DNA from: Myxococcota bacterium
GTDB lineage: Bacteria > Myxococcota_A > UBA9160 > UBA4427
Length of the DNA: 64,000 nucleotides
NCBI GenBank assembly: GCA_028278345.1
Contig: JANQEL010000227.1
Coordinates: 43,924-107,923, forward strand
Direction of reading: 5' to 3'
In this document: positions 26,941 through 36,941 of the stretch, piece by piece
Numbering within the stretch: the stretch's first letter is position 1
Layout of the letters: every line of letters begins with the position of its first letter
Position numbers and translations under genes: made by a program
The notes under the pieces: generated by a model
Databases searched by the model: none
Seen by the model: only the letters and a program-made list of their open reading frames with translations
Told to the model about the DNA's origin: nothing

Positions 26941-27235
26941 GGTTCCCTGTTGTTCCCCTGTCCTTGTGTACGGCTTGCGTACATGGCGAATCAGCTCGCG
27001 GCAGTCGATCTTGCGATTGATTTCGCTGGTGAATGTTGATTGGAGTGCACCGCGCGATCGCGCTGGGACTGTTCGTCAGCTCGTCGACAGCGTGTTCGAT
27101 GTGCTGCCAGCCCCGATCCCACCCAGGGGGCAGATGATGGGGGTTCCTCCCAGGACCCGCAACTCTCGCGCAACTCCGGCGACGCTGCTTTGTCACCGCA
27201 ATGCGCCCAATCGTGCCGCGATTTTTCCTCGACGC

Positions 27236-28093
27236 TCAGTCGGGGGCGGCGGGTACCTGGGGTTCGGGGGGCTTCGCACGCGGGAAGACCACGTTCGATC
27301 CCTCGGCGAGCACCGTCACCATGAGGTGAACCAGGTCGCGGTTGCCGGGTAGTTCGTCGAGCCCACGCGACAACAATGCGAGTGCCTCGTTGCGTTGCCC
27401 CGCCGCGAGCAGCAGATGGCTCGCTTCGAGGTAGGCGCGCGCCAGATGGGGATCGTCGTAGCGAACTGTCACATCGTCTCCGCGCCGGGCACGCTCGGCT
27501 TTCACCTTGGCGGCGTTGCCTTCGCCCTGGGCCAGCGCGCGATAGAGCTCGAGGGCCTCTTCGCTGCGGCCGGCGTCGCGCGCGCGGTCGGCAAGCTGCA
27601 GCCCACTTCGCAGTAGGAGTGCTTCGGCGGGTTGTCCCTCGCATTCTTCGGCTGCCAACCTCCGGGCCAACGCGCGAGCGCGTTGCGGTCGCTTGCCCTC
27701 ATCGAGCACCTGCTCGGCCGCCAATGTGATGGCTGAACATTGGTCGTGATGTTCTGCTCGACGCCAGGCACCGCCAGCCCCGCGATAGGCATCGAAGCGA
27801 TCGACGGCGAGTTCGCCGCGGCCAGCTGCGAGGTTTGCGCGTGCGCTGCCGGCGAGTGCGCGGGTGTTCTTGCGATCGCCCACGAGAGCGCGATCGAACA
27901 AGCGCGAGGCCTCTTCGACATCGCCCCGCGCCATGGCGAGTTCGGCTCGTTCGAGGTGGCTCTTACCGTGGTCGTCGTCGCCGAGCGGCAGGATCGACGC
28001 GCACCCTGCGATGCCCACCAGGAGTGCAAACGCGGCAAGCGCAAGAAGGGTTCGAGACTCCCTCACCTCCTTGCCAGTCGATCCGCCCGACAT
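27236..28093 (-). CDS. TPR-repeat lipoprotein
   Basis: I chose the ATG at 28093 (MSGGSTGKEVRESRTLLALAAFALLVGIAGCAS, which has a lipobox). The body has repeated Ala/Leu-rich TPR-like helices. It lies directly upstream of pal. Confidence 0.6.
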   Translation of the reverse strand: MSGGSTGKEVRESRTLLALAAFALLVGIAGCASILPLGDDDHGKSHLERAELAMARGDVEEASRLFDRALVGDRKNTRALAGSARANLAAGRGELAVDRFDAYRGAGGAWRRAEHHDQCSAITLAAEQVLDEGKRPQRARALARRLAAEECEGQPAEALLLRSGLQLADRARDAGRSEEALELYRALAQGEGNAAKVKAERARRGDDVTVRYDDPHLARAYLEASHLLLAAGQRNEALALLSRGLDELPGNRDLVHLMVTVLAEGSNVVFPRAKPPEPQVPAAPD

Positions 28094-28214
28094 GCGCCCG
28101 CCTCCATTCGACCTGCCTATCGATAGATACCCGGATTCGCGCGTGAAGGCGAATCTCTTCGCGCTCGCGGCACGCGGGTTCAACACGACGAGGGGTTTCG
28201 GTAGGGTCCGCGCC

Positions 28215-29738
28215 GTGTCCTCCGAATCCACACCCGAAAACCCGACGCCGGCGAAGGACGAGCAGCTCGCACTGCTTCGTTTCGGGGGTGAAGTCACGCT
28301 GAAATCGCCGGCCACGCGCCGGCGATTCACCAAGCGGCTGCTCAAGAACCTGCGCGACGCACTCAAGTCAACGGGAGGTTCGGGACGAGTCGAGCGCGAC
28401 CACGATCGCGTCTACGCCACCGCGCCGAAGCAGGTGGATCTCGCGCCACTCGCGCACTGCTTCGGCGTGCAGTCGCTCTCGGTCGTCGAGCCGTGTGCGT
28501 GGAACGACCTCGACGACATCGTCCGCCACGCGACCGCGCGCTTCGGCGACAGCGTGCGCGGCAAGACATTCGGCGTGCGGGTGCGGCGCGTCGGAAGCCG
28601 CGAGGCCATCCCGTTCCGTTCGCAGGATGTCGCTCGCGCAGTCGGCGCGGCGCTCAATCGCGAAGCCGCGGGCGTCGACCTCGATCATCCGCAGGTCGAA
28701 GTGCAGATCGAAGTCATGCCCGGGCAGGCGTACCTCTTCTCGGAGCGCGTACCCGGCCCGGGGGGCCTGCCGCTCGGGGTCGAGGGGCGCGCGATCGCGC
28801 TGGTTTCCGGCGGCTTCGATTCCGCGGTCGCGGCCTGGACGGTGATGAAGCGCGGCGTCGTGCTCGACCACGTCTTCTGCAATATGGGCGGGCGCGATCA
28901 TCAGCTCGGCGTGCTGAAGGTGATGAAGCACATCGCCGATCATTGGTCCTTCGGCCATCGCCCGCACCTGCACAGCATCGACTTCGATGCCGTGACCCGC
29001 GATCTGCAGGAGAAGGGCGAGCCCCGCTACTGGCAGGTCGTGCTCAAGCGCTTGATGCTGCGCGTGGGGGAGATGATCGCGGCCGAACGTGAAGCCCATG
29101 CGATCGTCACCGGCGATGCCGTGGGCCAGGTGTCTTCGCAGACCCTGCAGAACATGGCGGTAATCTCGGAAGCCACGCGAACGCCGGTGCTGCGCCCGCT
29201 GGTCGGCTTCAACAAGGAAGAGATCATCAAGATCGCTCGCGACATCGGCACCGACGTACTTTCGAAGGACGTCGCCGAGTACTGCGCCATGGTGCCGAGC
29301 AAGCCGGCCACCAGCGCGAGCCTCGAAGTGATCCTCGAAGAAGAGAAGAAGCTCGACCTCTCGCTCCTCGAACGCGCGGTGGCCGAGCGAAGCGTGATCG
29401 ATCTGCGTGCCCTCGATCTCTCGAGTGCAGAGTCGGGCGCCCTCGAGATCCACGAACTGCCGAAGGACGCCGTGCTGATCGATCTGCGCTCGGCCGCGGC
29501 CTATCGCGGTTGGCACTACGAAGGCGCATTGCACCTCGAATTCCACGAGGCGCTCCGCGCTTATCCCCACTTCGAGAAGGGCCAGCACTACGTGCTGGTG
29601 TGCGAGTTCGGCTTGAAGAGCGCACACCTCGCCGAGATGATGCAGCGCGAAGGCATGCAGGCGAGCCACTTCGGCCGCGGCTTGAAGGACCTGATCGACC
29701 ACGCCCGCGCGAACGGGCTGCCGGTACCGAACTTCTAG
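28215..29738 (+). CDS. thiI: tRNA 4-thiouridine synthase ThiI with C-terminal rhodanese domain
   Basis: The PP-loop is LVSGGFDSAVAAW, preceded by a THUMP-like N-terminal region. The rhodanese Cys is in VLVCEFGLKS. The GTG at 28215 is my choice, so the start is uncertain. Confidence 0.8.
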   Translation: MSSESTPENPTPAKDEQLALLRFGGEVTLKSPATRRRFTKRLLKNLRDALKSTGGSGRVERDHDRVYATAPKQVDLAPLAHCFGVQSLSVVEPCAWNDLDDIVRHATARFGDSVRGKTFGVRVRRVGSREAIPFRSQDVARAVGAALNREAAGVDLDHPQVEVQIEVMPGQAYLFSERVPGPGGLPLGVEGRAIALVSGGFDSAVAAWTVMKRGVVLDHVFCNMGGRDHQLGVLKVMKHIADHWSFGHRPHLHSIDFDAVTRDLQEKGEPRYWQVVLKRLMLRVGEMIAAEREAHAIVTGDAVGQVSSQTLQNMAVISEATRTPVLRPLVGFNKEEIIKIARDIGTDVLSKDVAEYCAMVPSKPATSASLEVILEEEKKLDLSLLERAVAERSVIDLRALDLSSAESGALEIHELPKDAVLIDLRSAAAYRGWHYEGALHLEFHEALRAYPHFEKGQHYVLVCEFGLKSAHLAEMMQREGMQASHFGRGLKDLIDHARANGLPVPNF

Positions 29739-29749
29739 CGAGGGTGTTC

Positions 29750-30220
29750 ATGCTGGTCGCCGCACGCGTGGTTCACGTCCTCTCGGTCGTTCTGTGGATC
29801 GGGGGCGTCGCCTTCGTGACCACGGTGCTGATTCCGGCGATTCGCAGGCACCCGAATCCCGAGGAGCGCGGCGAGATCTTCGAACAGTTCGAATCGCGCT
29901 TCGCCCTGCAGGCGAAGGTCACGACCTTCCTCGCGGGCGCCTCGGGCTTCTATCTCCTCTACGAGATGGATGCCTGGGCGCGCTACCTCGACCCGTCGTT
30001 CTGGTGGGTCCACCTCATGACCTTCGTGTGGTTCGCTTTCACCCTCGTGCTTTTCGTGCTCGAACCGGCCTTCCTTCACCGCTACTTCCTCGAGCAGGCG
30101 AAGAAGGACCCCGAGCGCGCCTTCGCGTTCCTGCAGCGGATGCACTGGGTGCTGCTGACCCTGAGCCTCACCGCGATCGTGGGCGCAGTGGCAGGGACCC
30201 GCGGCTACCTGCGCTTCTAG
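29750..30220 (+). CDS. Small integral membrane protein (about 4 TM helices), function unknown
   Basis: 156 aa with hydrophobic segments VVHVLSVVLWIGGVAFV, FLAGASGFYLLY, VHLMTFVWFAFTLVLFVL and WVLLTLSLTAIVGAVAG. Confidence 0.55.
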   Translation: MLVAARVVHVLSVVLWIGGVAFVTTVLIPAIRRHPNPEERGEIFEQFESRFALQAKVTTFLAGASGFYLLYEMDAWARYLDPSFWWVHLMTFVWFAFTLVLFVLEPAFLHRYFLEQAKKDPERAFAFLQRMHWVLLTLSLTAIVGAVAGTRGYLRF

Positions 30221-30247
30221 CGCACGTCGTGAGCGTGTGGCCCCGAC

Positions 30248-30718
30248 TCAGAAGTTCTCGGAGAGGTAGTTCTCGAGACCGACGCTCTCGATCAGCCGCA
30301 ACTGGGTCTCGAACCACAGGATGTGGTCGCTTTCGGTGTCGGTGAGCAACTCTTCGAGCATCTCACGGGTTCCGTTGTCGCCCTCCTCGCGGCAGAGCGC
30401 GATCGCCTCGTTGAGGTTCTTCGCCACCTCGATCTCGATGGCGAGATCGTTTTCGAGGATCTCCTTGGGCGTGGTTCCGATCGTGAGCGGAGCACGCGCC
30501 GCGACATCGGGTCGACCGTCGAGGAAGAGAATCCGTTTCACGATGCGGTCGGCGTGCCCTCTCTCGTCTTCGCTTTCGTGTCCGATGCGTTCGTAGAGCT
30601 TCATGTAGCCCCAGTTCTCGAGCATGCGCGATTGCACGAAGTACTGATCGATCGCCGTGAGCTCGACGGCGAGCAATGCGTTGAGGGTGTCGATGACTCG
30701 TTGGCTGCCTTGCATCAT
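30248..30718 (-). CDS. bfr: Bacterioferritin
   Basis: MQGSQRVIDTLNALLAVELTAIDQYFVQSRMLENWGY...ESEDERGHADRI. The start is one of the adjacent ATGs at 30715 or 30718. Confidence 0.9.
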   Translation of the reverse strand: MMQGSQRVIDTLNALLAVELTAIDQYFVQSRMLENWGYMKLYERIGHESEDERGHADRIVKRILFLDGRPDVAARAPLTIGTTPKEILENDLAIEIEVAKNLNEAIALCREEGDNGTREMLEELLTDTESDHILWFETQLRLIESVGLENYLSENF

Positions 30719-30952
30719 GACTCCGTGCACGAGGGAAGAAACGTCGATTGCGAATGCGACCGGCCGGGATGGTGATGGAAGGAAGCCTCGCGATCAAGAA
30801 TCACGCGCTCGAGACCACACTGAGACTCATCGACACATCGCAGCGCTGGGAGGTCGGAACCGAACCAATCGATTTCGAATCCAGTTGATCCTTCGATCGG
30901 CGGCCGTCTTCCTACAACTCGCAGGTGAGTTCGGGTGCACGGTGCCGGATAC

Positions 30953-31903
30953 CTAGGCGCCGGGCGCTCCTTCGGGGTCGATGCTGCGAAAGAGCCGATC
31001 CATGCTGGGCGTCGGGATCGAGGCCGAAGCGGCCAGTGCACGGAGTTCGTCGGCGAGCTGCCGCATCTCGCTTCGTGCCGCGAGAGCGTGACCGATCTGG
31101 ATGCTCGCGGACGGGTCTTCGAGCATTCGGGGAATGATCTTCAGCAGGAGCCACCCGGGGATCCAGCGAAAGACCCGATGGCTCGAGGGCGTGATGGGGG
31201 TGCCGCTCGCCCCGAGCACCGCGTAGCCCTCGCGGATCGCTTCGAGCATCAGGCGAAGTACGTCGCGATCGAGTGCCAGCTTGCCGATGTCTCCACCCGC
31301 CATGTAGAGCGCGCCTGCGGTCGGGGCGATTTCGGCCGCGTGCGTCTTCAGCCAGGCGTCGATGTTCGGAGAGATCGACACCGGGAAGCCCGCGCTTCGC
31401 AAGGCGTCGGCCGCAGCAGTGATTCGTTCGCTACGGCTGCCATCGAGTTCACCGATCGTCGTTGGCTGGTCGCGCTCGGCGAGTACGACGTAGCGAATGA
31501 CGCCTTCGCTCGGGATCCCGGCCGCGCCGGGAAAACCCAGGAGGACGCGATCACGCCCGAGTGCCTCGATCATCTGCGCCGCGCCGGCCGCGTTGTTGCC
31601 GAAGAACATGACGCTCGGGGTCCGGCGATTCGCCGCCAGGATGGGCAGCACCTCGGCGACGTGGTTCTTCGGAAGGATCACGAAGACGAGGTCGTACGCA
31701 TCGTCGGGGTCGAGCTGCTCGATGACCTCGACGCGAGTCGTCGTCCTCTCCTGGCTCCCGAACTCTTCGAGCACGATCCCGTGCTCACGAATCTCGGCGG
31801 CCCGCTTCCCGCGCGCGAGGATCGATACGTCATCGCCCGAAGCTCGAAGCTTCGCGGCGTAGAGGACTCCGATGTTGCCCGCACCGTAGATCAGGATTCG
31901 CAT
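30953..31903 (-). CDS. 2-dehydropantoate 2-reductase (ApbA/PanE family)
   Basis: MRILIYGAGNIGVLYAAKL is a Rossmann-fold pattern. About 316 aa, with an ApbA-like C-terminal helical domain. Confidence 0.75.
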   Translation of the reverse strand: MRILIYGAGNIGVLYAAKLRASGDDVSILARGKRAAEIREHGIVLEEFGSQERTTTRVEVIEQLDPDDAYDLVFVILPKNHVAEVLPILAANRRTPSVMFFGNNAAGAAQMIEALGRDRVLLGFPGAAGIPSEGVIRYVVLAERDQPTTIGELDGSRSERITAAADALRSAGFPVSISPNIDAWLKTHAAEIAPTAGALYMAGGDIGKLALDRDVLRLMLEAIREGYAVLGASGTPITPSSHRVFRWIPGWLLLKIIPRMLEDPSASIQIGHALAARSEMRQLADELRALAASASIPTPSMDRLFRSIDPEGAPGA

Positions 31904-31955
31904 CGTCTTCGGTGCGATATCAAAGCACGATCGGCCGCCGGTCAACCAGATTCGA

Positions 31956-32711
31956 TCAGTGGCCTTCTTCCTGCAGCTCGAGGGCGCGTTCGAGGAGTTC
32001 GGCGCGTTCTTGCGGGGGGAGTGCGCGGAGCTTTCGCCACTGGGCGCGCAGGCGTTCGCGCTTTTCCTCGGGCATCTGGGACCAGCGGCGGGCGTTTTCG
32101 CGCATCACGGCGCGGTCCTCTTCGCCGAGTTCCTTCAGTTCGAGCAGACGGGCTTCGAGGGCGGCGCGTTCGTCGCTCGGGAGTTCGCGGAAGCGTTGGA
32201 TGTCCTGCCACAGGGCCTCGCGCTCCTTGCGTGGCAGTTCGCGGAAGCGTCGGCGCAACGCCCTGCCCTCTTCGGGGGTGAGGTCGAGTTCGCGGGCCAG
32301 TTCGCGGGCGCGCTCGCGCGCAGCGTCGAGGGCCTCCTCGATGCTCGGCAGGCCGTGCTTCTCGCGAAAGGCCTGGTTCTCCTTGCGGATCTTCTCGCGC
32401 TCCTCTTCGGGCAGGACGTACATCAGCCGACCTTCGCGGCGCAGGATGCGGCGGCGTTCGCGGGGCGAGGCGTCGCGCAGTTGGCGATGCAACCGCTCTC
32501 TTCGCATGTCGCGCTCTTCGGGGGTGGCGTTGCGGAAGCGCTCGACGCGCTCGCGGATGCCCTCCGGAAGGCGCTCGAGTCGCGACTCGTCGGGCTTCGG
32601 TTCGGCGCTCTCTGCATTCGAGATCGACGCGCCGAAGCCGCAGAGTGCGAGCACGACGAAGAGCAGGACGCATCGCCGTGTCATGACGGTCATGTCGAAC
32701 GACGCGCTCAC
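31956..32711 (-). CDS. Periplasmic DUF3106-like repeat protein (third gene of the ECF sigma module)
   Basis: It has a signal peptide (MTRRCVLLFVVLALCGFGASISNA). Repeated motifs include RFRNATPEERDMRRERL, RFRELPSDERAALEARL and RRWSQMPEEKRERLRAQWRKLRALPPQER. The GTG at 32711 overlaps the upstream stop, and an ATG at 32693 is also possible. Confidence 0.65.
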   Translation of the reverse strand: MSASFDMTVMTRRCVLLFVVLALCGFGASISNAESAEPKPDESRLERLPEGIRERVERFRNATPEERDMRRERLHRQLRDASPRERRRILRREGRLMYVLPEEEREKIRKENQAFREKHGLPSIEEALDAARERARELARELDLTPEEGRALRRRFRELPRKEREALWQDIQRFRELPSDERAALEARLLELKELGEEDRAVMRENARRWSQMPEEKRERLRAQWRKLRALPPQERAELLERALELQEEGH

Positions 32712-33385
32712 GATGTCTCCTGAGATCCGGGGGGTTGCTGATCGCGCTCTTCGAGGGCGAGCAGGGCTTCGAGCAGATCGAGTTCTTCGATCACCTCGAA
32801 GTCGCGCAGGGTCTCGAGTTCGAAGACGATGGCCAGTTCGACGTCGCTTGCATCTTCGGCGTCGGGCGTCTCGCTTGCCGCGACCTGAGGTGGAGTCTCC
32901 TGGACCGGTTCGACCGTCTCGACGGGTTCGTCGGTTGTCGCCACTTCGACCACCGCGGTGTCTTCTTCAGGCAACTCGAACGTCGGGATCGGCACCACCT
33001 CGGATTCCGGTGTGGTCTGCAGTTCCGGCGATCGATCGGCCACCGTGGTTTCTTCGTCGCTGGTTGGCAGGGCAAGCCAGCCGGCGAGCAAAGCAGCCGC
33101 GATCGCCGCTGCAAGGGGCAAGCGCCAATCCCACGAAGACGCGGGTGTCTCGGCATCCCCTGCGTCCCGCGCGATCCGCGCTTCGAGTCGCTCGTAGAGA
33201 TCCGACGACATACTCGGCGCCTCGAGGGAGCGAAGTGCTTCATCGACTCCCTCGAGAGCTTCGAGGCGTTCGCGCAACGCGGCGTCGCTTTCGACGGCAT
33301 CGCGAAGCGCTCGTGCTTCGTCTTCAGTGAGCTCGCCATCGATCAGCGCCGACAGCCGTTCTTCTCGTTCGTCTCGTTCACTCAT
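32708..33385 (-). CDS. Anti-sigma factor (RseA/ChrR-like N-terminus, one TM, acidic periplasmic tail)
   Basis: Contains LSALIDGELTEDEARALRDAVESDAALRERLE and a TM segment LPLAAAIAAALLAGWLAL. It sits immediately after the ECF sigma gene. Confidence 0.6.
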   Translation of the reverse strand: MSERDEREERLSALIDGELTEDEARALRDAVESDAALRERLEALEGVDEALRSLEAPSMSSDLYERLEARIARDAGDAETPASSWDWRLPLAAAIAAALLAGWLALPTSDEETTVADRSPELQTTPESEVVPIPTFELPEEDTAVVEVATTDEPVETVEPVQETPPQVAASETPDAEDASDVELAIVFELETLRDFEVIEELDLLEALLALEERDQQPPGSQETS

Positions 33386-33402
33386 TGCATCACTTCCCGG
33401 CG

Positions 33403-34011
33403 CTAGTTCGCGCTGCCACCCGTTCCCGCGATTCCATCTTCACCGACCTTTGCCATGCGATCCGCGAGCGCGACACGCGCGCGGTGCACCAACGACTTCA
33501 CGCTCTTCTCCGTCGTTTCGAGTGCGACGGCCACCTCGGCGTACGACATGCCCTCCACCGCCGAAAGCCAGATCGCCATGCGCTGGCGTTCGGGGATGTC
33601 CTCGAGTGCGGCTTCCACGCGACTCGTCCTTCGGCGAACGTCGAGCTGACGATCTGCCGCCGGCCCACTCGCCACCAGATGGAGCGGCGCGCGATCCTCG
33701 TCTCCGACTTCGTCCGCGCTGTCGTGGGGACGCGAACGCCGCGGTCTCCGCAGTTCGTTGAGCGCGAGGTTCGTCCCGATGCGGTAGAGCCAGGTCGAGA
33801 ACTTCGCATCGGGCCGGTAGCGATCGCGGGCGCGATGAACTCTCAAGAAGGCCTCCTGCACCAACTCCTCCGCGGTCGCCGCATCGCCCACGATGCGCTG
33901 TAGGTAATGAAGCAGGGGGCGCCCCCAGCGTTCGAACAGCGACGCGAAGGCGGAGTCGTCCCCAGCGCAAAACGCCAGCATCTGCTGAACATCCGGGTCC
34001 GCGTCCCGCAA
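33403..34011 (-). CDS. ECF-type RNA polymerase sigma-70 family factor
   Basis: Region 2 is EELVQEAFLRVHRARDRYRPDAKFSTWLYRIGTNLALN. Region 4 is MSYAEVAVALETTEKSVKSLVHRAR. Confidence 0.9.
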   Translation of the reverse strand: MRDADPDVQQMLAFCAGDDSAFASLFERWGRPLLHYLQRIVGDAATAEELVQEAFLRVHRARDRYRPDAKFSTWLYRIGTNLALNELRRPRRSRPHDSADEVGDEDRAPLHLVASGPAADRQLDVRRRTSRVEAALEDIPERQRMAIWLSAVEGMSYAEVAVALETTEKSVKSLVHRARVALADRMAKVGEDGIAGTGGSAN

Positions 34012-34108
34012 TCGAGCCTCCGTTCAGCAGTGAAACCCTCGACCCATCGGGAGGTTGCGCCAGAACCCGGAAATTCCTCGATCTCGGCTCTCGAGCCGAT
34101 GGGCGGCG

Positions 34109-34942
34109 CTAGAGCCCTTCGAGGAAGGCCGCGACCCGCGCGTTGAAGCCCTCGGGGTCTTCGAGGTTCGCGACGTGGCCCTGATCGAGCAGCACGACCG
34201 CCCTCGCGTTGCCGAGCTTCGCCTCCATCACATCAGCAGCGCGCAAGAAGGCCTTGTCTTCCGAGCCGATGATCACGATCGCGGGGCAGGTGATGCCCGG
34301 CAGCTCGTCCATGATGCCGGGGGCCTTGCCGGAGATCTGGCGACCGAAGTGGGCGAGCCCCTCGATGTCCTGCTGCACGATCGCGTCGCTTGCCGCCTTC
34401 GCCTGGGGGAGTTCGGGCTTGCGACCGATGCACGTCTCGCCGGCGCGCCCGGAGACGAAGGCTTCGAGGCCGCGCTCTTCGAGGTACTTCGCCGTGCGCT
34501 CGGTTTGATCGGCCCACTTCTGCTGCGCCTCGGGGTTCTTGAAGCCGGGGCCGGTCGCGAGCAATACGAGGCCCTTCACGCGCTCTTTGTGCTGGGCGGT
34601 GTAGTGGAGCGAAGCGAGGCCACCGAAGGAGTGCCCGGCCAGCACCACCTGGCCGCTACCGCCTTCGAGGGCCCAATCCATCACGCGACCGAGATCGTCG
34701 AGCACCTTCTCCATCGTGTAGAGCGACGGATCGTCGGGAGCTTCCGATCGGCCGTGACCGCGGAAGTCGTGGAGCACGACGCGCGCACCGGCCGCCACCA
34801 GGGGCTCGACCTGCGGGCGCCAGTTTTCGTGGGTCGTGCAATAACCGCAGGAAAAGACGATCGGCGTCCCTTCACCGTGGGCTTCGACGTAGAGCGACAC
34901 GCCGTCGCTGGCTTCGATGTGGGTGGTCTCCGATCGCGCCAA
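34109..34942 (-). CDS. Alpha/beta-fold hydrolase
   Basis: The nucleophile elbow is LAGHSFGG, with HDFRGHGRSE upstream. 277 aa. Confidence 0.8.
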   Translation of the reverse strand: MARSETTHIEASDGVSLYVEAHGEGTPIVFSCGYCTTHENWRPQVEPLVAAGARVVLHDFRGHGRSEAPDDPSLYTMEKVLDDLGRVMDWALEGGSGQVVLAGHSFGGLASLHYTAQHKERVKGLVLLATGPGFKNPEAQQKWADQTERTAKYLEERGLEAFVSGRAGETCIGRKPELPQAKAASDAIVQQDIEGLAHFGRQISGKAPGIMDELPGITCPAIVIIGSEDKAFLRAADVMEAKLGNARAVVLLDQGHVANLEDPEGFNARVAAFLEGL

Positions 34943-35035
34943 GGCTTCCTCCGACTTCCGTTTCGACTTCCCGGTGCAGCGGCCGATCGTGGGCCGATCT
35001 GCGCGGCGCCCACCTTAGCGTCTTGTCGGACTGCT

Positions 35036-36784
35036 TCAGCGGATCTCGATCCACGCCGTGGGAAGCGCGAGCGGCCTCCCCGTCTGCAGCGCCGCCCACC
35101 AATCGCCGAGCCCCGTCATGCCCTCCGGCCACGGAAGCTGCGCTGCCAGGGCCTCGAATGGCGTCGTCTTCGCCATGGGCGAGCCGAGGGTGCCGCTCTG
35201 GATCAACTCCGTGATCTCGTCGGCGAGCGTCGGCGGCGCGGGGAAGGTCACCAGACTCACGTCGGCCCCTTCTTCGTGCCCGAGGTCGCGCAGGATCATG
35301 TCCACGGCTTCGCGCACACCGCCGAGCTCATCCGCGAGCCCGACTTCGACCGCCTGCTCTGCCGTCCACACGCGACCCTGCCCAACGCGATCGACCTGAT
35401 CGAGTTCGAGCCCACGCCCTTCCGCCACCCTCGCAATGAAGAGGCGATAGACCTCGTCGGTGATGCTCTGGAGGCGCGCCTTCGCACCCTCACTCGGCAC
35501 GCGGGTCGGACTCAGGAAGTCGGCATGGCGACCGCGAACGAGGGTCTCGCTCTCGATCCCCCACTTGTCCATGAACTTCTCGAAGACGGGAAAGAGGGAG
35601 AACACGCCGATCGAACCCGTGAGTGCGCCGGGCGCGAGCACGATGCCGTCCGCCGCCGAAGCCACGTAGTACGCCGCGGAAGCGGCGAGATCGGAGACCG
35701 AAACGACGACCGGGATGCCGCGCCGGCTCACGCGGTCGACGGCACTCCACATCATCTCGGCCGCGAGGGGTGAACCGCCGGGGCTGTCGAGACGCAGCAC
35801 GATGCCGGCGACGTCGGGATCATCGGCTGCAGCTTCGAGGGCCAGGACGGTGCGCTCGCTCGCGAACACCGGCGACCCCGAACTGGTTCGCGAGGCCTTG
35901 CCCGAAACCACGACGCCACTTCCGTAGACGATCGCGACCGTGTGCTCGGGGGCGAAGCCCGTGCTCGAGGGGTCGGCGCCTGCGTATGCCGCAGCATCGA
36001 GGATGGGGGCGTCCTCATCGAAGAGGTCGACGACGTCGCGAACCCCATCGATCATGCCGCGCGCATGAAGCTCGGCCGGGGTCACGAGCCCCTCGTCGAT
36101 GATCTCGATCACGCGTTCCTTCGGAATCCCGCGCCGCTCGGAGATCGCAGCCACGTAGCGCGCCTGCGCGCCGTCGAGCAGCGCGTTGTACATCTCGCGC
36201 GACGCGTCCGACATGCCGTTGTTCGCGAAGGTTTCGACCGCGCTCTTGTACCGACCCACCCGGGTCGCCTGGAATTCGATACCGAACTCCTCCCACATGT
36301 CGCCGAAATAGATGTACTCCGCCGACAAACCGAGCATCGGCACCAACGCTCCCGAAGCGACGTAGACCTCGTCCGCCGCCGTGGCGATGTAGTAGGCGCG
36401 ATTCACCAACACCGACTCGGTTTCCAGTAGCGCGATCGTGTGACGCCCCGCCGCACGCAGTCGTTCGATCGCCCTACGTACCTCGGCGGCTTTCCCCCAG
36501 CCGAGCGAGACATCCCCGATGCGCAACACCACGCGTTCGATCCGGTCGTCTCGCTCAGCGAGTTTCAAGACCGAAAGCAGCGAGAGAAAGGGCTTTCCAC
36601 TGTCTTCGAGCAGGCGAGAAAGCAGGGGAGCCTGATCGGCCTCCACGTATCGGCCGCCGATGGGAACCACGAGCTGCGTGCCGTCTTCGACGGGCACGTA
36701 GGGGTTCGAAAACACCGTCACCGCGAACACGATCGCGCTCACGACTAGCGAGAACACGAGAAGACGACGCAACACCTTGGCCAT
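35036..36784 (-). CDS. sppA: Signal peptide peptidase SppA, 67K (tandem S49) type
   Basis: An N-terminal TM segment is followed by two S49-like halves (VVLRIGDVSLGWGKA... and IVLRLDSPGGSPLAAE...SDLAASAAYYVASAAD). 582 aa. Confidence 0.85.
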   Translation of the reverse strand: MAKVLRRLLVFSLVVSAIVFAVTVFSNPYVPVEDGTQLVVPIGGRYVEADQAPLLSRLLEDSGKPFLSLLSVLKLAERDDRIERVVLRIGDVSLGWGKAAEVRRAIERLRAAGRHTIALLETESVLVNRAYYIATAADEVYVASGALVPMLGLSAEYIYFGDMWEEFGIEFQATRVGRYKSAVETFANNGMSDASREMYNALLDGAQARYVAAISERRGIPKERVIEIIDEGLVTPAELHARGMIDGVRDVVDLFDEDAPILDAAAYAGADPSSTGFAPEHTVAIVYGSGVVVSGKASRTSSGSPVFASERTVLALEAAADDPDVAGIVLRLDSPGGSPLAAEMMWSAVDRVSRRGIPVVVSVSDLAASAAYYVASAADGIVLAPGALTGSIGVFSLFPVFEKFMDKWGIESETLVRGRHADFLSPTRVPSEGAKARLQSITDEVYRLFIARVAEGRGLELDQVDRVGQGRVWTAEQAVEVGLADELGGVREAVDMILRDLGHEEGADVSLVTFPAPPTLADEITELIQSGTLGSPMAKTTPFEALAAQLPWPEGMTGLGDWWAALQTGRPLALPTAWIEIR

Positions 36785-36941
36785 TTCACTCCCTCCGGGC
36801 TCGGATAGAGATTAGGTCGGAACCGTTGCAACGAGAACCGTCGACGGACGACGACCTCTTCTCACCATTTAAGAATCGTACCTGCACCATCCGATAGCGA
36901 CCTACCGAGCGCCCGTTCCAGCGCGCCTCCATGGAGAGCCC

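Noticed and set aside
30731-30952. Searched upstream of bfr for a Fur box or a bfd gene
   Set aside because: Nothing resembles the GATAATGATAATCATTATC consensus, and there is no small [2Fe-2S] Bfd-like ORF. The region looks like plain GC-rich spacer.
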